From assembly GCA_964564825.1 (NCBI GenBank), contig CAZMBN010000003.1, forward strand, positions 12,052 through 76,051: a stretch of 64,000 nt of DNA. Direction: 5' to 3'. The notes under the pieces were generated by a model. That model ran no database searches, was not told the DNA's origin, and was given only the letters and a program-made list of their open reading frames with translations. Below are positions 59,603 to 64,000 of the stretch, in pieces. The stretch's first letter is position 1; each line of letters opens with the position of its first letter. Position numbers and translations under genes: made by a program. The DNA is from an uncultured Opitutales bacterium. Lineage in GTDB: Bacteria; Verrucomicrobiota; Verrucomicrobiia; Opitutales; Intestinicryptomonadaceae.

Positions 59603-60400
59603 CTACCGTGGAATCCGCAACGTCTGTCCGACCCTCAGCGACTCCGGCGTGGACATCCTGTCCCTGTTGGCTTTAAATATGTCAAGCCACCTGTTCGGTG
59701 TGCCGTAAACCCTACGGCTGATACTCGATAGGGAATCGCCGGGTTGCGCCGTGTAGGTGGCGGGGATTTCGCGCCTTTCGCGGTTGTTCGACGCGGAATG
59801 CTCCGCCCGGCGCGGCGGGCGTTGCGGCGGGCTATACGCAAACGTTGCGTCTTTGGACACCACCACTCTCTGGGAGGATTCGAGTTTGTCTATGATGGAA
59901 TGCGCAACATTCAACTTTTGCTTTAAATCCAGGTTTTCCTTTTGAACCCTACGCAACAAGTCCTCCAGCTCTATCCTGCGGAAGTTGTTTTCAAAGGGGC
60001 TTTCGGGCAGGGACGTCGCAAATTTTTTTTGGGCGGTTCCGATCATTTGGCGGACCATCGGGGAACTGGGGGAATTGGGTTTCAATTCTATATATTTTTC
60101 AAAGTGGTAGATGGAGCGTATCGGATTATCTAGTTTCGTCAGATAAATCCTGCCCAACTCCAAATGCGACTCCGCCGCATCCCTGCGCTTTTCCGTAACC
60201 TTCAAGAAAAGTCCCAAGGCGTCCTGTATGTTGCCTTTCCTCAATTCCTCCTGCGCGCGTACGTAGAAGGGCTCGTCGGTTTCGCCGAGTTTCTTTTCCG
60301 CTCCAAAATCGCAACCGCCGGACGAAAGTATATACAAAACCGCCGCGGCCGCAAAACCCAGCGTCCATAGGGTCCTTTTCCTATATCCGGAGTCGTGCAT
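59603..60400 (-). CDS. Lipoprotein with TPR-like/coiled-coil region and C-terminal LysM domain
   Basis: 265 aa. Lipobox LSSGGC. C-terminal LysM YTAQPGDSLSSISRRVYGTPNRWLDIFKANRD...LRVGQTLRIP. The ATG overlaps the purH stop (TAATG). Confidence 0.8.
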   Translation of the reverse strand: MHDSGYRKRTLWTLGFAAAAVLYILSSGGCDFGAEKKLGETDEPFYVRAQEELRKGNIQDALGLFLKVTEKRRDAAESHLELGRIYLTKLDNPIRSIYHFEKYIELKPNSPSSPMVRQMIGTAQKKFATSLPESPFENNFRRIELEDLLRRVQKENLDLKQKLNVAHSIIDKLESSQRVVVSKDATFAYSPPQRPPRRAEHSASNNRERREIPATYTAQPGDSLSSISRRVYGTPNRWLDIFKANRDRMSTPESLRVGQTLRIPR

Positions 60401-61926
60401 TAATGCCTGAAGTGCCGGATTCCGGTGAATACCATGGCCATGTTGTTTTCGTCGGCCGCCCTTATAACCTCCTCGTCCCTGACGGAACCGCCCGGTTGTA
60501 TTGCGGCCGTGGCGCCCGCCCGCGCGGCGGCCACGAGTCCGTCGGCAAAGGGGAAAAACGCGTCGCTTGCAACCACGCTCCCCTTGAGCGATAAACCGGC
60601 CTGCCCGGCTTTCCAGACGGCGATTTGGGAGCTGTCAACCCTGGACATTTGGCCCGCGCCCACGCCGAGGGTTCTCTCTTCCCCCGCGTAAACTATCGCG
60701 TTGCTCTTTACGTGCTTTACAACCTTCCATGCGAAAAGCATGGCGCGCCATTCTTTTTCGGTCGGTTGGCGCTTGGACACCACTTTCATCGAAGCCGCGG
60801 ACTCGGCGACCCCGTCGAAAGTTTGAACCAACAACCCGCCGGGGACGCTCTTTATCCTCAAATCCGGATCCGGCTTTCGCAACGAAAGCATAAGGCGTAA
60901 GTTTTTCTTTTTCGTCAATATTTCCAAGGCGCCGTCGGAAAAATCCGGGGCTATTATCACCTCGGAAAATATGTGCGACACCGTTTCGGCCAAATCCGAA
61001 TCCAACTTTCGGTTTACCGCAATTATTCCGCCGAACGGCGCCTGTTTATCCGTTTCGAACGCCTTGTTCCACGCTTCGAGCAGGCTGCCGCAACTCGCCA
61101 CTCCGCACGGATTCGTATGCTTGAGTATAGCCACGGTTGGGGATTCGAACTCGGCTATGAGCTCGGACGCCGCGGATATGTCCACAATATTGTTGTACGA
61201 CAGTTCTTTGCCGTGAAGTTGTTTGAAAAATTTATTAAAATCGCCGTATAGGGCCGCCTGCTGGTGCGGATTCTCCCCGTAACGCATCTTTTGCGCAAGT
61301 CCGAGCCCTATGTTGAGCGTGGATGGGAAACCGCCTTCGTTGTATTGCCCGTTGAGGTATCCGGCTATGGCCGCATCGTAGGCGCTTGTGCGTTGGTAAA
61401 CCTTTAACGCCAACCTCCGGCGAAGGTTTAAAAGTTCGTCTCCGCCCTTTTTGATCGAGTCCAAGACCGCGGAATAGTCCCCGCAGTCGCAAACCACAGT
61501 TACGTCCGCATGGTTTTTCGCCGCGGATCGCAACATGGACGGCCCTCCTATGTCTATGTTTTCAATGGCGTCGGCGATGGTGCACCCATTCTTTGCAACC
61601 GTGGCTTCGAAGGGATACAGGTTCACGACTACAAGGTCTATCATCCTTATGCCGTGCGTCTTTGCCTGTTCCATATGGCTCGGATTCGAACGCAGACACA
61701 ACAACCCTCCGTGGATTTTAGGGTGCAGCGTCTTTACTCGCCCGTCCATCATTTCGGGAAATCCGGTATAATCGCCCACTTCGGTAACGGGAATCCCCTC
61801 TTTTCTCAAAAGCGACGCCGTCCCCCCCGTGGAAAGGATGGTGTAACCGTGCTTGAGCACGAGTTCCCTCGAAAATTCGACAATGCCGGTCTTATCGCTA
61901 ACGGATATCAGGGCGAGATGTTCCAT
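60400..61926 (-). CDS. purH: Bifunctional AICAR transformylase / IMP cyclohydrolase
   Basis: 508 aa. N-terminal [14 protein letters not shown] (MGS-like IMPCH domain) and a C-terminal AICARFT domain ending ...FTGIRHFRH. Confidence 0.95.
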   Translation of the reverse strand: MEHLALISVSDKTGIVEFSRELVLKHGYTILSTGGTASLLRKEGIPVTEVGDYTGFPEMMDGRVKTLHPKIHGGLLCLRSNPSHMEQAKTHGIRMIDLVVVNLYPFEATVAKNGCTIADAIENIDIGGPSMLRSAAKNHADVTVVCDCGDYSAVLDSIKKGGDELLNLRRRLALKVYQRTSAYDAAIAGYLNGQYNEGGFPSTLNIGLGLAQKMRYGENPHQQAALYGDFNKFFKQLHGKELSYNNIVDISAASELIAEFESPTVAILKHTNPCGVASCGSLLEAWNKAFETDKQAPFGGIIAVNRKLDSDLAETVSHIFSEVIIAPDFSDGALEILTKKKNLRLMLSLRKPDPDLRIKSVPGGLLVQTFDGVAESAASMKVVSKRQPTEKEWRAMLFAWKVVKHVKSNAIVYAGEERTLGVGAGQMSRVDSSQIAVWKAGQAGLSLKGSVVASDAFFPFADGLVAAARAGATAAIQPGGSVRDEEVIRAADENNMAMVFTGIRHFRH

Positions 61927-62116
61927 GGAGTATCTTCAAATACATTGTCCCCCCTTTTACAAGTCTAAATAGTCGAATCGGTCCCGCGGGTTCAAAATTC
62001 GTCCTCCGCGCGGCGGCACCGGTACGGGGGCCCCGATTGTCCTCCGCGGAACCCGGACTCCGCCGCTATTTTCTTGACTATAGCTGCGCCGTTTCTAATT
62101 CATTCCGCGTCGGGTC

Positions 62117-62140
62117 TTTCTGCGGAGGGGTTTCTGCGGA
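62117..62140 (+). repeat. Tandem direct repeat TTTCTGCGGA-N4-TTTCTGCGGA upstream of the GH78 gene
   Basis: Exact 10-nt copies at 62117-62126 and 62131-62140. The second copy ends 28 nt before ATG 62169. Confidence 0.6.
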
Positions 62141-62168
62141 TCCGGGCTGTTAGACGGAATTTTTACGT

Positions 62169-64000
62169 ATGAAAAAATTTGCATGCCTACTCGTGCTATG
62201 GGCTTTTCCGGGGATATCCGCCTTTGCGGACTTTCTATTTAAACCGCAGGATTTAACCGTCGGAGAGTCCTTCAAAAACCCGGTGGGGTTGAACCTTGAA
62301 AACATGTCGTTCTCGTGGAAACTGCCCCTGGTAAGGAAGGGCGTATCTCAAAGCGCCTATCAAATAGAGGTGTTCGACGCCGGCGGAAAACTTTTGTGGA
62401 ACAGCGACAAGGTCGAGTCGACCCAATCGATAAAGCTTCCGTACGGCGGCCGCCCCCCGTTTTCCCGCGAACGGCTGACGTGGCGCGTCCGCGTATGGGA
62501 CGAAAACGGCGACATATCGGAATGGTCGGATACGGCGAGCTTCGAGAGCGGTCTGCTGTCGAACGCCGAGTGGAAGGGCGCATGGATTTCAACCACGCGG
62601 CAGCCGGAGATTTGTACGGAAGAACGTAAATTCGGGAACTCGTCCAGAAAATGCAAAATATTAAAACTCCCCCCCACGCTTTTCCGTAAAGAGGTGAAAC
62701 TGTCCCCTTCGATAAAAAGCGCCCGCCTATACGTCACGGCGAGGGGAATATACCAGATATACGTGAACGGCAAGAAAGTCGGCAACGACTTCTGGAGTCC
62801 CGGATGGACCGACTACGATAAGCGCATACAATCGGCAACATACGACGTCACATCCGTCGTGGGCGAAGGAAAAAACGCCGTTGCCGCCTGCGTGGCGGCC
62901 GGATGGTACGCGGGAAGGCTCGGCTGGAATCTAAACGCCTGCAACTACGGAACAAAGCCGCAACTTCTCGCCCAATTGGAGGTGGTCTACAAGGATGGAT
63001 CGTCGGACATCATACCCACCGATGCAACTTGGAAATGGGCGGAAGGTCCCGTTGTTTATTCCGATATATTCGACGGCGAAGATTACGATGCTCGCCGGGA
63101 GATAAAGGGGTGGAACGAGCCAAACTTTAACGACTCCGCCTGGAATACCGTGGATACCGGACGGGTGGAGAAATCCCCGTTGATAGAGCCCATGAGAATG
63201 CAGCCCGTAATCGAAAAGGACATACTCCACGCGATATCGGTCAAGACGGTAAAGCCCGGAACGTACGTGTTTGACTTCGGCCAGAATATGGTGGGGTGGG
63301 CGCGCATAAATGTTCCCGCCGTGGCGGGCGGGAAAATCACGATTAGGTTCGCCGAAATGCTGAACGCCGACGGCTCCCTGTATACGGACAACTACCGTAC
63401 GGCGCGCTCAGCGGACTCCTACATCCCCGTCGGGGACGGCGCCCATTGGGAGCCTTCCTATACTTTCCACGGCTTTAGGTATGTGGAACTGGACGGTCTG
63501 CCTGAAAATGCGAAGCCTTCGACGGATTGGGTGAAGGGGGTGGTGCTGCACAACGATATGGAACGAATCGGTTCCTTCGTTTGCTCGAATCCGAAAATAA
63601 ATTGGCTTCAAAGCAACATACAGTGGAGCCAACGCGGCAACTTCTTTTCCATCCCCACCGATTGCCCCCAGCGCGACGAACGCATGGGGTGGACGGGGGA
63701 CGCCCAGGTATTTTGCCCCACCGCGGCGTTCAACATGGATGTGGAAGCGTTTTTTTCCAAATGGTTTTTCGACATACGCGACACCCAACATCCCGACGGC
63801 GCCTATCCCGATATAGCCCCCATGAAAAATCCGAAGGCCAAAGGGGGAAACGCGGCATGGGGGGACGCCGGGGTTGTATGCCCGTGGGAAATATATCTTG
63901 CGTACGGAAATAAGAAGGTCCTCGAGAGGAACTACGACTCCATGAAGCGTTACATAACCTACCTGGAGAAAAATTCCGACAACTTCATAAGACCCGATTC
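62169..64000 (+). CDS. GH78 alpha-L-rhamnosidase, 3'-truncated by window end
   Basis: Hand translation from ATG 62169 gives MKKFACLLVLWAFPGISAFADFLF... (Sec signal). It continues with SQSAYQIEV..., ARLYVTARGIYQIYVNGKKVG and the GH78 hallmark DCPQRDERMGWTGDAQVF. The frame is open to base 64000, so it is absent from the track. Confidence 0.88.
   Translation, partial: MKKFACLLVLWAFPGISAFADFLFKPQDLTVGESFKNPVGLNLENMSFSWKLPLVRKGVSQSAYQIEVFDAGGKLLWNSDKVESTQSIKLPYGGRPPFSRERLTWRVRVWDENGDISEWSDTASFESGLLSNAEWKGAWISTTRQPEICTEERKFGNSSRKCKILKLPPTLFRKEVKLSPSIKSARLYVTARGIYQIYVNGKKVGNDFWSPGWTDYDKRIQSATYDVTSVVGEGKNAVAACVAAGWYAGRLGWNLNACNYGTKPQLLAQLEVVYKDGSSDIIPTDATWKWAEGPVVYSDIFDGEDYDARREIKGWNEPNFNDSAWNTVDTGRVEKSPLIEPMRMQPVIEKDILHAISVKTVKPGTYVFDFGQNMVGWARINVPAVAGGKITIRFAEMLNADGSLYTDNYRTARSADSYIPVGDGAHWEPSYTFHGFRYVELDGLPENAKPSTDWVKGVVLHNDMERIGSFVCSNPKINWLQSNIQWSQRGNFFSIPTDCPQRDERMGWTGDAQVFCPTAAFNMDVEAFFSKWFFDIRDTQHPDGAYPDIAPMKNPKAKGGNAAWGDAGVVCPWEIYLAYGNKKVLERNYDSMKRYITYLEKNSDNFIRPD

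Noticed and set aside
61927-62168. ZTP (pfl) riboswitch upstream of purH.
   Set aside because: I read the purH-sense strand for the conserved pfl elements (as I recall them, a GGGUCGUG/ACUGGCG-type 5' domain and a CCGCCUGGGC-type 3' strand) and found no match. Only the short repeats reported in the findings are present.

Overview
Gene-dense, moderately GC-rich bacterial chromosomal segment. I call 57 protein-coding genes on both strands; two run off the window ends. The content is overwhelmingly core housekeeping. It includes serS, ffh, leuA, an argC-J-B-D-F-G operon with ugd attached, rplM-rpsI, thrS, queG and glnB. It also includes rpsB-tsf, rph, miaB, rpmF-plsX-fabH, hisH, gltA, a stand-alone 5'-3' exonuclease, a 13-gene nuoB-N complex I operon and purH. 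Glycan and amino-sugar genes are interspersed among these: a MurU-like/AmgK-like fusion, a Tat-signal Gfo/Idh/MocA oxidoreductase, a DUF1015-GH20-GNAT cluster, an SSS-galK-galE-UAP1-type pyrophosphorylase operon and a GH78 rhamnosidase. A few envelope or accessory proteins are also present: a Sel1-repeat protein, a PEGA lipoprotein, a LysM/TPR lipoprotein and an orphan ADP-ribosylglycohydrolase. By eye I found no rRNA, tRNA, CRISPR array, transposase or integrase, phage genes or recognisable defence genes. One real gene below the ORF-track cutoff was recovered by hand translation (rpmF, 59 aa), plus two edge-truncated genes (PpiD-like at 1-283, GH78 at 62169-64000). Many track ORFs are antisense shadow ORFs or over-extended N-termini. 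I trimmed starts where gene junctions (ATGA or TGATG overlaps, SD motifs) support an internal start. Honest assessment: this looks like an ordinary core region, and I found no convincing evidence of a wholly new system. The best leads are four. (1) A transporter-kinase-epimerase-pyrophosphorylase operon that lacks galT and has hexosamine-type sequence features. (2) A complex I operon that starts at nuoB with no nuoA. (3) A MurU/AmgK single-chain fusion. (4) A tight DUF1015-GH20-GNAT operon. The gene content loosely suggests a glycan-degrading member of the PVC group or a relative, but this is a low-confidence inference with no marker gene to support it.
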